In this document: positions 1 through 12,692 of the stretch, piece after piece
Layout of the letters: every line of letters begins with the position of its first letter
Position numbering within the stretch: the stretch's first letter is position 1
Origin: Eledone cirrhosa
Lineage: Eukaryota
Direction: 5' to 3'
DNA length: 64,000 nt
NCBI GenBank assembly: GCA_964016885.1
Contig: OZ024740.1
Location: 357,244,001-357,308,000 of the forward strand
The notes under the pieces: model-generated
Databases searched by the model: none
The model's input: the letters and a program-made list of their open reading frames with translations, nothing else
What the model was told of the DNA's origin: nothing
Position numbers and translations under genes: made by a program

Positions 1-112
1 CATGTATATTACTATTACACATCCATCGAAGCATGCCAGCTTCATTTCCTTCCAATCTTCGCACACAATACCTAGGTCTCACTACCATTTTATATAGTAA
101 TAATAAATAAAA

Positions 113-302
113 TGGCGGTGGATTGGCAGTATCGGTAAAGGGTCGGACGCCATGCGTTGACGCATAGAGTTACGGCCCTTGCCATTCTGAGTTCAAATCC
201 CGCCGAGGTTAACTTTGCCTTTCATCCTTACGGGGTCGATAAAATAAAGTACCAGTAATGTACTGGATAATTACTGGCCTTGTGCCAAAAGTGGAAACAA
301 TT
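113..302 (+). mobile_element. tRNA-headed SINE with Deu/Nin-like core (family A)
   Basis: A-box-like GGATTGGCAGTATCGG, B-box GAGTTCAAATCCC, core GCCTTTCATCCTTACGGGGTCGATAAAATAAAGTACCAG; many near-identical copies in the window. Confidence 0.85.
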
Positions 303-731
303 AAATAATAAATAAGATTCAGATATTGATAGATAGATTGATAGAGAGATAGGTAGGTAGGTAGATAGATAGATAGATACATACATAGATAAAAAATACA
401 TACACCCCCCGCCCCTCCCACACACACATATATTATTTGAGCATATGTGTGCACACGCGCATGTGTATATGTATGTATACACGTACGTATGTAATATTAA
501 TTAAACTGATCCGGTAGCCTAGCCTAATTAATGAAATGCTTAAATCTTTTATGATACAGAATAATAATTTTTTCTTGTTTGTCAAAACGGATATACATAT
601 GCAAATTTGTTTTATATATCCCGTAATAGGGTGAATGCAGAAATTCTTTGCTTAAACTTTAATCTGTACTAATAATAAATATTTGCTTTTATATATACTT
701 TTATATACTTTTATATATACTTTTATATATA

Positions 732-769
<38 letters not shown>

Positions 770-879
770 TATATATAATCCCGCATAGCAAATATTTATA
801 TATATATATATATATATACAATCCTTATCAAGCCCTCTTCAGATTGTGGTCTTCGTAATTATTATTATTACTATATAAA

Positions 880-1162
880 ATGGTAATGAGACCTAGGTAT
901 TGTGTGCGAAGATTGGAAGGAAATGAAGCTGGCATGCTTCGATGGATGTGTAATAGTAATATACATGAACGGCAAAGCATAAATTAACTAAAAGGGAAAC
1001 TGGGCATAAGCGGGATCAAATGCAGTGTGCAGGCAAGGAGATTGCGTTGGTGTGGACATGTGATGCGTATGAAGGATGACAGCTGTATAAAAAGGTGCAG
1101 GGCTCTCAAACTAGACGGAAGCTATGTAGTAGGAAGACATAGGACGACTTGGGACGACGTGA
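880..1162 (+). mobile_element. RTE-clade LINE C-terminal fragment
   Basis: Translates to ...AGMLRWMC...VQARRLRWCGHVMRMKDDSCIKRC...GRHRTTWDDV, the typical RTE post-RT segment. Confidence 0.8.
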
Positions 1163-1414
1163 TAATTGTACCTCTCAAAGGTGATGACACAAGATCGAGA
1201 TCTCCGGCATTATGCAGTAAAAGACCCGCCTTCCCATGCGCACGGTTTGAAGCATACATCTTGTATGCACCACTTTCCCCTACATTCTCCTTCCATATAC
1301 CTCCCAACGTCCTAAAGCTCCCCCTCGTCCTAACACCCCGCCCTTCACCAGATAAGTCCCCCATCCTAGATGTAACCCTCAAATCCTCAAGCATCTCCCC
1401 ACCCATGCCCTTAT

Positions 1415-1670
1415 TCCACACTGTAAAGTGGTCATGTAGGTGTCACGACAAAACGTGCTCAGCCCACACTGTAAAGTGGTCGTTGTGGTGCCATGATAAA
1501 AAGCATCTAGTACATACTGAAAATGTGGTTGGCGTTAGGAAGGGCATCCAGCCGTAGAAACTAAGCCAAAATCAGTTCTGTATAAGCAAGACATTGTCAT
1601 CTGATCTGGCTTATGTTACAACAGGCCAATTCGTCTAACGTGGAAAAATGGACGTTAAACGGTGATGAAA
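1415..1670 (+). mobile_element. SINE-like repeat (GGCGTTAGGAAGGGCATCCAGCCGTAG family)
   Basis: Inverted homologue at ~27440-27690; ends TGGACGTTAAACG followed by GAT-like tail. Confidence 0.6.
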
Positions 1671-1759
1671 AATATTTTTTCATAACGGAACGAAACGAAA
1701 AATGTTTTTCTTTATTTTCCTCTATGAATATACGATAACGTTGCCAGTATGTTCTGAGA

Positions 1760-2500
1760 ATGTCAGACAGCGCTGTTGACATCATTTGATTCTGGCTAAC
1801 GTCAACAATTAGAAAAATGCAAACATGAAAAGTTCTGCTATGAGAACTCCATTGTTATCAACAATGAAGGTGACAGAAAAATAAGTAAAATATTCTTGTT
1901 ATATGAGTGGACGACGAAACGCAGCAAAACATGCCAAGAAGCCAACTCACAATGCAAAACCAGGGAGCATATTCCGGCACTTGGGTGAAAGAAATCCTTC
2001 AGAAAATTTTCAGCATTCAACGGTTGGTTTTAAATATTCAAAGGACGGCTTCAACACTGTCTAATGAAGTTACAATTGCAGACATCCAGGTAGCCTAGAA
2101 ATTTCCACACGTTCATAAGAGTATTATCGAGCATGACAACTACTACTCTTCTGAATATTTATCAAAGGTAGATGAAACGGAACCTTTCTGGAAATCCCAT
2201 CCCACAATTTCATCTCCAGAAAAGAAAAGAAAAATCCTGCTTCTTGTTTCAATATTGGGCAATAATACTTCGAGAGTATTCACACTAAAACCAGTACTTC
2301 TTTCATCATCCAGAAGCACCACGATCAAGTGTTAAGGTACTGTTGCATTTCCTTTCATTCACATGTATGATATAATACATGGGGTGCAACAGTTCTGTGA
2401 ATCGGAAGATGATAAATGGAATCAACCTATTTTCGGGTCATTGCTAACTGAAACGGTCCCATAAACGGTGTCCCCATTAACCTATTTTCTCTGAGAATTA
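1760..2500 (+). mobile_element. decayed pogo/Tigger-like transposase
   Basis: Broken frames give STVGF/GWF-like, 'IAD..VA..FP', 'VDETEPFWK..P' (cf. FNxDETGLFWK) and 'LKPVL' motifs. Confidence 0.55.
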
Positions 2501-2744
2501 TAGAATTTGCTTTCAATGCAGTAGTTGAGGTTGGCTGAAGTACAGCTACATACTAAAGTAGATGAAATACATATAGTATTAGGTGGCATATTACTAAGAT
2601 TTTGGAGCCGGTTATTGTTGCGACATGGAAAATGAACATCAAGCAGACGCGCCCACATAAAGAGTGATACCTACACGTTATGTCTCAGAAGAGAAGACAG
2701 AAGAGACTGCAGATCAGTAATTAGTGTATTGTATAGTAGAACAT

Positions 2745-3200
2745 GGGGTCAACGAATTGGCAGTGTCGTTAGAACGTCGGATAGAAAGCTTTGCGGCATT
2801 CGTTCTAGTTCTATGCGTTCTGAGCTCAAACCCCACTGACGTCAACTTTGGCTTTTATCAATTCGAGATCGATAAAAAAGTATCAATCCAGTACTAAGTT
2901 CAGTTCTTCCTCTATATTTGTTTCTAACTTCCTCACTTCCCCATTCTCCCGCTTCTTCTGGAAGAAAGCTGTTGTGTTCAGACCTGGAGAGGAGATGGGC
3001 TCCACCAGGTATAGAACAGGCCCAAGAAACGCCGTATGGCACCCTTACGGCTCCATCAGAAGTCCTTTATTTAGCACTCCCTGTCCTTTTCTGGAAGAAA
3101 TTGACTATACTCAGACCTGGAGAGGGATGGGCTCCATCAAGTTTAAAATTCTCATGACTGCGGAACCCTACGACTCCACGAGGAAGTACGAGTCTATACA
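2745..3200 (+). mobile_element. SINE family A variant with a duplicated TTCTGGAAGAAA...CAGACCTGGAGAG tail
   Basis: SINE head/core at 2745-2900, then two tandem ~120-bp tail units; same tail at ~33488, ~46720 (-), ~22790 (-). Confidence 0.65.
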
Positions 3201-3662
3201 TACATTGTGTCACTCATAAACCAAGTGTTCAAGAGTGAGGGCAACAGCATCTGACAATTTGGAGTAAGCATCTTAAGAAGCACTCCTTTCAAGAAAACGT
3301 TGTTTACAATCCCAGAACCGATGCACAAGAAAATCCCAGGGAACAGAACCTCTCTTTGACACGATACCGTCACATCCTGCAACATTTTGATGATAATGCT
3401 TTGTAATCCAAGAGTAAAAGGTACTTTTAAAATATTTGTTGTATAAGAGAGTGTAAAGCGTTAGTGAAGGAAAACTTTGATTATGACGTCTTCATGGAAG
3501 ACGCATGTGATCAACGGTTAATGTAACATCCTATATAACAAGACCTATCTTGTATCTGTATGTCTATATACTTATTTTCTGAACGTCATTTTTGAAATAA
3601 GATTTCTTTCTCTCTCTGTCTCTCTCTCTCTCTCTCAACGAGAGAGAGAGAGAAGTATATAT

Positions 3663-3796
3663 ATAATTGTTTCTACTTTAGGCACAAGGCCAGCAATTAC
3701 CCAGTGCATTACTGGTACTTTATTTTATCGACCCCGTAGGGATGAAAGGCAAAGTTAACCTCGGCGGGATTTGAACTCAGAATGGCAAGGGCCGTA
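3663..3796 (-). mobile_element. SINE family A (5' truncated)
   Basis: Reverse complement of most of 170-302; TA-flanked. Confidence 0.85.
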
Positions 3797-4640
3797 TATA
3801 TATAATGTGTAATGGAATGCGATTTAATTTCATGACTAGACCGAGAGAAAGAGAGGGGGGGGAGAAGGAGAAAGAGGAAGAAAAACAAAGTTTTATGTCA
3901 TAAATCATATATATGCACATTGTAATGCGTAATAGAATACAAGAGAGAAAATCTAGAGAGAAAGGGAATAGAGAGATAGAGATGGAGAGAAACGCAAGGA
4001 GAGAGAGGTAGAGAGGTTAACATTAGAAGAGATTGTTTTATTTAAAATTTGAACCAGCATTATATAAACTAAACGTGTTACTTAGACAAGTCATATTTGT
4101 TTTATATAAAGATTTATATATGTACAGAAAATGTAAATAAATATACCGACACACCTTAATGCAATATTGGTCTCAATTTCCTAACGACGTATATTTAGAA
4201 GAATTCCAGTGGCCAGTTATTTATCCATCTAGGAAACCTCCCCTTTCTTCCGCTTCAATTCATCCATTGTTGGGGCTTTAAACTCCGTAGACTTTTTCCC
4301 CATTCCTTCGCATGCGCCATGCATATGAATAACTTTCAATACACATATGAATCGGTGTGAATTGTTACTGATTGGCTTCTATAACAATATTTATATGTGT
4401 ACATATAATTAATGAAACATTCACTTAAGTTATTAAATGTAGTTGTCGAAATTGAAAGGCTGTTTTCTTCAAACGATTTGTGTTGTGTAGCGTTTGAGAG
4501 TCAATTCAAAACCAAATTTAACTGCACATAGAATTGTTTTTGTGGCGTCCACTCTGTTGTAAAAATTCGAGTAAGGTTTCCAGTCTACGGTTTGAGGATA
4601 ATATCTCCCTTTCTTCCCAGCCAGACATGGAAGCTCATGT

Positions 4641-4832
4641 AATAATTGTTTCTACTTTTGGTACAAGGCCAGCAATTAACCAGTACATTACTGGTACTTT
4701 ATTTTATCAACCCCGTAAGGATGAAAGGCAAAGTTAACCCCGGCGGGATTTGAACTCAGATCATAAAGGGCCGTAACTCTTTGCTGCAAAGCATGGTGTC
4801 CGACTCTCTACCAATACTGCCAATCCACCGCC
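4641..4832 (-). mobile_element. SINE family A
   Basis: Full head and core in reverse orientation. Confidence 0.85.
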
Positions 4833-5069
4833 CTAATAAAACATGTAATAATGGAACGACCATTTTAATCCCAGATTTGCATTTGTCATTTGAATTGCCA
4901 GTTTTCTCTAATACTTACATTAGTCACCAGCTTAATCCCTTAATTCAGAGAGTATTTTTTACAATTGTTTAGGTATGGCTACAATATGACATTCAAAAGC
5001 TGTTTCAACTGATCTTAAGCGTCTTCCCCTATTTTTTCTCTGAGATAGAGGCTGTCAATATCACTATGC

Positions 5070-5250
5070 TTGGATTGGCAGTATTGGTAGAGGGTCGGAC
5101 GCCATGCTTTGACGTATAGAGTTACGGCCCTTTCCATTCTGAGTTCAAATCCCGCCAAGGTTAACTTTGCCTTTCATCCTTACGGGGTCGATAAAATAAA
5201 GTACCAGTAATGCACTGGGTAATTGCTGGCCTTGTGCCTATATAAGAAAT
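5070..5250 (+). mobile_element. SINE family A
   Basis: Near-identical to 113-302. Confidence 0.85.
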
Positions 5251-5550
5251 CAATATCACTATGCTTGTCGTACCTTACAGTTGATGTTGAGATTTATCGA
5301 GGTTTTATATCTATGGAGCATATTTCCCATAAAGACCACATGCGAGCGTACCTGAGTACGTATATATATATTCATGAGTACGTATATATATATACATGAG
5401 TACGTATATATATATACATGTACGATAGAAAGACAGACAGATAGATCGTTCGGTAAATAGACAAACATACATGCAGATAGGTAGGTAGGCAAACAGACAG
5501 GCTGATAGATAAACAGAGAGATAGATAGATATATAGATAGATAGATAGAT

Positions 5551-7557
5551 ATGTTTCTTTATTAGCCACAGGAGCACAAAAGAAGGGGACAACTACAAAG
5601 GGGGAAGTTTACATACAATAAAAACGTGTAAAATACTATCACAAATGCAATTTAAAAATTAATCGATTTTCCCCAATAGGGGGAGACATTTCATATGGGT
5701 AACAAATACCCCCGAAAAAATGTGCAACCCTCATCTCCAGGAGTACGAAGAGTTTGTACCACTTTCCTCTCTTCCTCTTTTTCCTCAACCTACGGGCTGA
5801 TATAGAGAGAAGGCCCATTCACTCGGGCCATTCTCGCCACTTTCACCCACCTTTCATAAAACTTGCTGTTTGAAAAAAAGAATTAGTTGTTGGCCGGAGA
5901 GAAAGGTGACCTCAGCCCTTTCAACCTCGTCCACCATACAACCTCTTTTGCTATAGCTATCACACAAAGGAAAACCGCCTCTCCTTCGTTTTTGAAGGAG
6001 GGTTGCGTTTGATCATGACAATGGACTCGGTGGTCAACCGGATTGGTCCCACCCGCGACAATAGTCGTTCTACATAGCCCCACAGGTCGGTAACGCCCAG
6101 GCAGTGTACGAATGCGTGCGCGACGGTTTCTTCGTCACGCACGCATCTCGGACAGATCTTTTTCGAAGGGTCCCTACCCGGGCGCCCATGTCTGTAGAGC
6201 TTGTATCGAACTGGTAGAGCTCCTCGGTAGCACTGCCAGGCCAGGGACTTTTGGAAGTTGTCCATCGGTCCCGGGCAGAAGGTCCTACCGAACAGACTGG
6301 CCAGTTCGTCTTCCTCTACGCCTAGAGTCTCTCCGAGCGCGTCGTCGCACTTGCTGCGGACCAACTCTCTATAGAAGACGAAGTGGAGTCTCCACTGATC
6401 GCCGGGTCCGCTTGTCAGAGGGCTGTGAGCGCCTGAGCACATTCGATGTGCCAGTCGCTCAATTTCCTCGGTCTTTGCTTGACCCAGGACTGCAACTCGG
6501 TTAGCGAGACGAGTCGTGGGAAGGCTCGCCTCACGAACGGGGCCCACACCGGTTGTCCGGTGAGGAATACGTGGAGGTGCCGCAGCCTGAGCGCGTGTTT
6601 GCGCATCGTCAGCCACGGCTTCCCCAGCCCTCCGTTGGAAGGGTGTTGGCAGCAGATGGATCTTCTCACCAAAGGAGCCCGCTTCTTCCAAAGGAATTGG
6701 TAGAGCGCGCGTTCTATTTTGGTGAGCGTTTTGGCTGGACAAGGCACGACGGTCAAGCGGTAGTCGATGACGGACGCTATAAAAGTGTTCGCCACGTCCG
6801 CTCGACCTTTCAAGGATAGTTTGCACTCGGCCCACTTCTGGGTGTGTGAAAACACCTTGGCCGTCACCTCGTTCCAGTTCTTCTACACCTGGAGGTCCGG
6901 ACCAAACCAGACCCCGAGCAGCTTCCCCGGTCCTTCCGTCCAGCGTCCGACGACGCCATCGGAAGGAATCTGTTTGCCTTTCCTCGATCCGAGTTGCAAA
7001 CCCATGGACTTGTCCCGGTTCAGCTTCGCTCCTGTGAACCTTTCGTATTCCTTCAGTAAGGTGCCGACTTCCTCGATTTGCGAGGTAATCAACACCATTA
7101 CTGCCATGTCGTCGGCGTAGGCCGACGCCGCTTTCCGCAATCGCGGTTCCAGAGGGATGCAGTAGTGGCTCGAGAGTCAGTACGTACAGAAGGGAGGAGA
7201 GGGGGAATCCCTGTCGGATGGATCGCGTGATATGGAACGGCTCCGATAGGTAGCCGTTCACCTTGATCCTTGAGCAGATGTTGCTGCTGTGCATTGCAGC
7301 AATCCAGCCCCTGAACACGGGTCCGAAGCCTGCTGCCTCGAGCACTGCATCCAGGTAACGATGGTTAACCCTATCGAAAGCCTTAGACTGATCCAAGTTG
7401 ATCAGGGTCCACCGAAGCCGGGTTTACACCCAACCCTCTCTACGATGTATCGCATGAGGTGGAGGCTGTCGTGTATGGATCTGGTCGTGATTGCGCATGT
7501 CTGCGCTTCTCCCACCAGGTTTTTGACGACAAGCGCCAGCCTCTTTGCCAACACCTT
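5551..7557 (-). mobile_element. L1-Tx1 clade LINE, 5'-truncated and frameshifted ORF2 (RT plus C-terminal CCHC finger) with 3' UTR
   Basis: DQSKAFDRVNHRYL, IRQGFPLSSLLYVL, SAYADD, GGLGKPW, CPRC...ETVAHAFVHC; AATAAA at the 3' end; GATA-type repeats at both ends. Confidence 0.92.
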
Positions 7558-7618
7558 AGATAGATATATAAATAGATAGACGGACATACAGAAAGATAGA
7601 CAAATAAATATATATTTC

Positions 7619-8485
7619 TAGGTCTGTCAAAAAAGAACCCGACCTTTATTTATTCTTTTCTTTTTTCCGTGAAAAATAATGGCGTTAGTAAGACATATGT
7701 GAGGAGGGTGGAGCGGCATATATGGTTTATGGTGAGCTCTTTGGACGCATCATTCGCTGCCAGGCAAGCAGCTTGTAAGGTGCTGTACTACTTACTCGTC
7801 ATGTTAACATTTCGCCTGATACTGCCAACAACGATACTGAATTTCTGAATACTGTGATAACTGGAGATGAGACGTACGGGTACGATCTAGAAAACAAACT
7901 TCAGTCATCACTGAAGAAGCATCCAACGTCACCAAGGCCCCTAAACGTGTGTTAGATGCAGAGCAAAATGAAGGTGGTGTTGACTGCTTTCTTCAATTAC
8001 CGAGACGTGCATTAAGGATACGCACTAGATAAAACAAGCAGCTACAGTGGTGTATTATCATGAAGTCCTCAGAGTTCTTCGCGGGCAGTTCAGCGCTAGG
8101 GACCAGATCTGTGGGCCTCGCAATACTGGCAGCTGCATCATGACAAGATCCTGTCTCATTCATCGGGGCTGACCCACAGTTTCTTTGGAAAGAAAGCCAT
8201 TTTGCTCATTCACTAGGCTACCTACGTTCCAGGCATGGTTCTTTCTGACTTCTAGCTGTTCATAAATAATGAAGTTGACACTGAAATCTCCCTCTTCCAG
8301 ATGCACGAGGACATCATGATGTCTGTGATGGCCGAGCTGAGAGCCATTCTGGAAGAAGCATTCCCGATGTGTATTAAAATGGGGGGACTGCAAGAGACCT
8401 CTTTTGAAGGGGATTAGAAATTGAGCCCTACCAAGTATGTAATCCCCCCCCCCCCTCCCCCAGCTTAAGTTTGGACACGTTTCGT
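7619..8485 (+). mobile_element. decayed mariner element
   Basis: FLNTVITGDET(..)YGYD, HPTSPRP, SKMKVVLTAFF, WQLHHD; start resembles a mariner TIR (AGGTCTGTCAAAAAAGAACCCGACCT). Confidence 0.8.
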
Positions 8486-8607
8486 GAAGATATTGATTCA
8501 ACCCATTGCTACGAAGTTGATCATCAGCTTTGAAGGAATAAATAAATTCTGCTATATCTACTGAGTATTTTCTACCATTTGTACAGCCAAACTTGTATAG
8601 ACTCCTC

Positions 8608-8640
<33 letters not shown>

Positions 8641-8717
8641 GCACACACACGCACTCACACGCTCGCGCACACACACGTACACAAACGCACGCGCACACAT
8701 AACTTAGTGAAAGTTAC

Positions 8718-8750
8718 GGACATGTTTCGATCTTTTTAGATCTCCTAAGT
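8718..8750 (-). ncRNA. degenerate minimal hammerhead ribozyme motif
   Basis: Minus strand reads CTTAGGA-GATCT-AAAA-AGATC-GAAAC-AT-GTC; one substitution in the CUGANGA box. Confidence 0.55.
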
Positions 8751-9388
8751 GAAGCATATTTACTAGAACGTTCATACATACACACCCAATATCCCAATAT
8801 CTCTCGTACACACATTGGTTTCTGATATAGGTACAAGGTCAACCATTTTGGGGTAGGGGAAAGACGATTAAATCGACCCCAGTGCATTACTGGTACTTTA
8901 TCTTATCGACCCCATAATATTATACAACGCAGTTAATCGGTTTAATCGGAAAATACTTCCGGATTAACCCCTATCACAGAAAATGGTAAAAAATATAACT
9001 GGAAGAAACCCAGTTAACCAGTAAAAATAAATTGATTTACAGAAACAAAGATGATGCAAAACGTCGACAATATTCTAGGCGGCAATTGTTGAGATTTTTA
9101 CGTATGAGTTTCCTGAGGTGGGCTGGATCATTACAAAGGATAATGCTGAGTCGAAATACCGTATGCAGAAATACTACCGAAAATATTTGCATATCTTCGG
9201 AAGTATATGCAAATATATTGTATAAAGGAGATCACGAATAAGGGATAGGAATACTTTTTGTATTGATGAAATATCCAGAAGATTGGTATTTTACATATAT
9301 TCGAGAAGAGCAATCGATGGCGGAACATTTGCTGAAAAAAACACAAAAGGGAGTTACATATGATACAAACAAGAATCGTAAAAAATAA

Positions 9389-9471
9389 TCTTCTTCTTCT
9401 TCTTCTTCTTCTTCTTCTTCTTCTTCTTCTTCTTCTTCTTCTTCTTCTTCTTCTTCTTCTTCTTCTTCTTC
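9389..9471. repeat. (TTC)n microsatellite
   Basis: Direct read; explains the poly-E ORF. Confidence 0.98.
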
Positions 9472-9879
9472 GTCCACATTAGTATTGAATTTCATTAACA
9501 AAACCCGACTACCAAAACTGTCCAAGGTATGTTAAAACCATTGGGGTTGTTCTTTAGCTCCAATTCAGTAAATATCGAGATAATATAATTGTTGGCCTTC
9601 ATTCTGGCTTATTCCCTCTCTGTCGAGTTTTACAGGTTGGATTGGTTTTTGTCTTCATTTTTCTTTACTATATATAGCTGGTTTCTTCGTTTTTTTTTCT
9701 TTTTTCATTTTTGTTATATTTTTTTGTTTGCAAAGGGCCGGTTGGGTTATGAAGGGCAGTGCTCAGCCCTTTTCAAAGTCTTCGTGACATGTGTGAGAAA
9801 TACTTCCAAAGATGTGAAATCTACTAAAATCAAATAATGGCTCAGAAGTGGTATTAAATCAAGTGACGGATTTAAGTAT

Positions 9880-10320
9880 TGAAAGTATTCTTCGTAATAT
9901 ATGTGCACTGCTTGGTAGTGCCATTTTCTGAATGTTGTATATATATGTAAGTCCTAGCGTTTTGATAGGTATCTGTCGGTGTTTTTTTTTTATTTATTTA
10001 TTCGCTGTGCATCTATTATCATTGCTTCTGTTTTCGTCATTCACATTTTGGTTATTCTATCTTCAGATATTTATATTTGGATACTTTTTTCCATTTCCTT
10101 GATAGTTATATTGTCGTCTGTGTGGATTGATACGTCAATTAGAAGGCACTTTTCCTTTGTGGTCTTTGACTAAAATATCCGGTCGCTTGACTTTGATCTC
10201 TTTGTCTATTTGTATTGGCTTATCCCAAACTATAGTTGCTTTGTCATTCTTTCAGACCCTTTCTGGTGTTTTGTTTTGTTGTGTGACTTACATATTTCCA
10301 AATATTTAGGATATGTTTTC
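9880..10320 (-). mobile_element. R4/Dong-like LINE, restriction-like endonuclease fragment
   Basis: KATIVWDKPIQIDKEIKVKRPDILVKDHK / CLLIDVSIHTDDNITIKEMEK / IYNIQKMAL..SAHILRRILSI (PD..D motif). Confidence 0.8.
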
Positions 10321-10337
10321 CATTTCTTTAGTTGTTA

Positions 10338-11803
10338 CTAGCAGAATGGCTCGGCGTTACTCGGGATTTGCTCTAGGGTTCTTATATATTTGATATATAT
10401 TTATCCTTATCGAGCCTCGTGAAATAAATACGTTTGTTTATATTTTGTTATTGTGTATGCAAAAATATCTGTACACGAATATATAATTATATATATATAT
10501 ATATTTATTAAATAACAGATTAAAGTTTAAGCAAAGAATCGCTGCTTTCACCCTTAACGGGATCTTCTGAAACTAACAAAGTCAATCTGTAAACGCAGAA
10601 CTGGATATTTCAAAAACCGTTGCAACCGGAGGAAGACAGGAAGACGATACTTTGGTTCGTGGAAACGTTCGCTGGCAAAGAACGGGAAAAAACGAATAAT
10701 ACGTCATTAATAGGAGCGGTGAAAAACAATTACGCGCAAAGATAGAACCACGTTTATGGTATAAAAGAGGTCGTAGACTAATGTTCTATTAGGTGGTGCA
10801 TAGAGACGTTCTCTGGCAATGAACGAAAAAACGAAGATAATAAGTCATATGTGGAGCGTAGAGAACAATAGCACGCAAAAACAAAACCACGTAAATGGTA
10901 TAGCAGAAGTCGTAGACTAAAATTCTAACTAGGAGACCAAATGAATCTCCGCTACAGAGTTAAGAACAAAGTAAATAATACAATACAGAAGTAATAGAAA
11001 TAAATAAATACGTACACGCAAACAAATACGTACATACACAAGCATACGCAAAACCTTTCCATAGGTATACAAAACCACGCACATATAAATATGTGTGTGT
11101 GTGTGTGTGTGTGTGTATGCTTGTGTACAAAGAAATAAATAATTATATAAACGTATATAAGTAAATAAATACGTATATAACAAGCGCACACACATACCCA
11201 CATATAGATACACGAATGTTCGGAGACGTAAGTCAACTAAAACAAGAAGTACACATATACACACACCCACCATACGTACGAACCTGCATACTCATGCAGA
11301 CGCAAAACTCCCGTATACACATAGCCAAACCCTAAATACCAGAATATATAAAAATTATACGCCATAACAATCAAATATACGTACGAGAAGGTATACATAC
11401 CTTCACAAAACATACGGGTAATATATACTTACCTATGCAAATAAGTAAAGGAATAAACAAAACATATACTTAGCTCCTACATCAAGACGTAAAATATCCA
11501 CGTATAGATCGAACTATCCGTTAGGGTATAACGTTGGGCTGTAATACAGGAAAGTTTTGTGCAATTTATGTTTACAAGCCGAAATTGCCTCGGATTTTTT
11601 GTTTAAGATGTGGTCTGTGGCGTAGAGTATTTCCAGGGCCTCAGCGGCGCAGAGGTCACATGGTCTTTTATTTCCGTTATACGATCTAGCCCTAGCTAGG
11701 ATCTTCCAGTGTAACTTATATTGGGTATGGTTGTCTTTTAGACTCCAGATATAAGCTGAAATGAGCCCTCTTTGGATTTTAGTCTTCAATTTTATTATTA
11801 TTA

Positions 11804-11844
<41 letters not shown>

Positions 11845-11909
11845 GGAAAAGAATGAAACGAAATTTCATTTCTCACTCTTAGTACGGCTGATACCTATAC
11901 GTATACATA

Positions 11910-11987
<78 letters not shown>

Positions 11988-12416
11988 TAACAGATTAAAG
12001 TTTAAGCAAAGAATCGCTGCTTTCACCCTTAACGGGATCTTCTGAAACTAAAAAAATCAATCTGTGAACGCAGAAGTAAATATTTCGAAAAATGTTACAC
12101 ACTATAAATATATACACACACAGTATACATACATATATACACACACATATAGCGACGTCATAATGTCGTAATGCAGACAGCCAGACATACAGACATATAT
12201 TATAAGGGCGCAACGTTATATCTATGTATCTATCTAAAAAGAAAGACTAATGCGGTCCCTAGGGCGTTGAAAATTTGAAATATTCTTTGCTCAAAACACT
12301 CACAGGACCATAAGTATTACATGTGTAAAGTTTGAAAACAATCGGTTAGGTGGTTCTCGAGTTTTAGGGAGTCAGACAGATAGACAGACAGACATTCTCT
12401 GTTTTAGATATATAGA
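10338..12416 (-). mobile_element. non-autonomous Helitron-like element (termini only; continuity of the interior is uncertain)
   Basis: Minus strand begins A|TCTATATATCT followed by a (GTCT)n tract and ends with GC-rich CCCGAGTAACGCCGAG...CTAG|T. Confidence 0.55.
11514..11790 (-). mobile_element. Penelope-like element GIY-YIG endonuclease C-terminal fragment
   Basis: LISAYIWSLKDNHTQYKLHWKILARARSYNGNKRPCDLCAAEALEILY...LNKKSEAISACKHK. Confidence 0.8.
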
Positions 12417-12418
12417 TA

Positions 12419-12692
12419 TTGTTGTATGAGGAGATTGATACGTCTATTAGGAGGCATTTTTTCTTTGTGGTCATTGACTATAATAACCTTCAATTGGGGT
12501 ATATATCCCGGCTTCTGTCTATTGCTATATTCCAGAGTATGGAATCTTTGTCGCTCCCTGACATCTCTTCTGGAGAATGTCTGTACCACCTCTTTCCTGT
12601 TAATATTTCGTAACGTTAACATAACACCCAGTGTATATAAATGTAGTCTCTGTCATATTTGCTTAAGACTGGGCAGCCAGAGACAATGTGGT
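12419..12692 (-). mobile_element. R4/Dong-like LINE fragment
   Basis: NHIVSGCPVLSK...YIHWVLC...WYRHSPE...SILWN...KKCLLIDVSI. Confidence 0.75.

Noticed and set aside
113-210. SINE heads as tRNA genes
   Set aside because: A/B boxes present but no cloverleaf; always fused to the SINE core
5960-7396. 478-aa ORF as a functional protein
   Set aside because: Chimeric reading across frameshifts of a dead Tx1 ORF2; the middle part is out of frame
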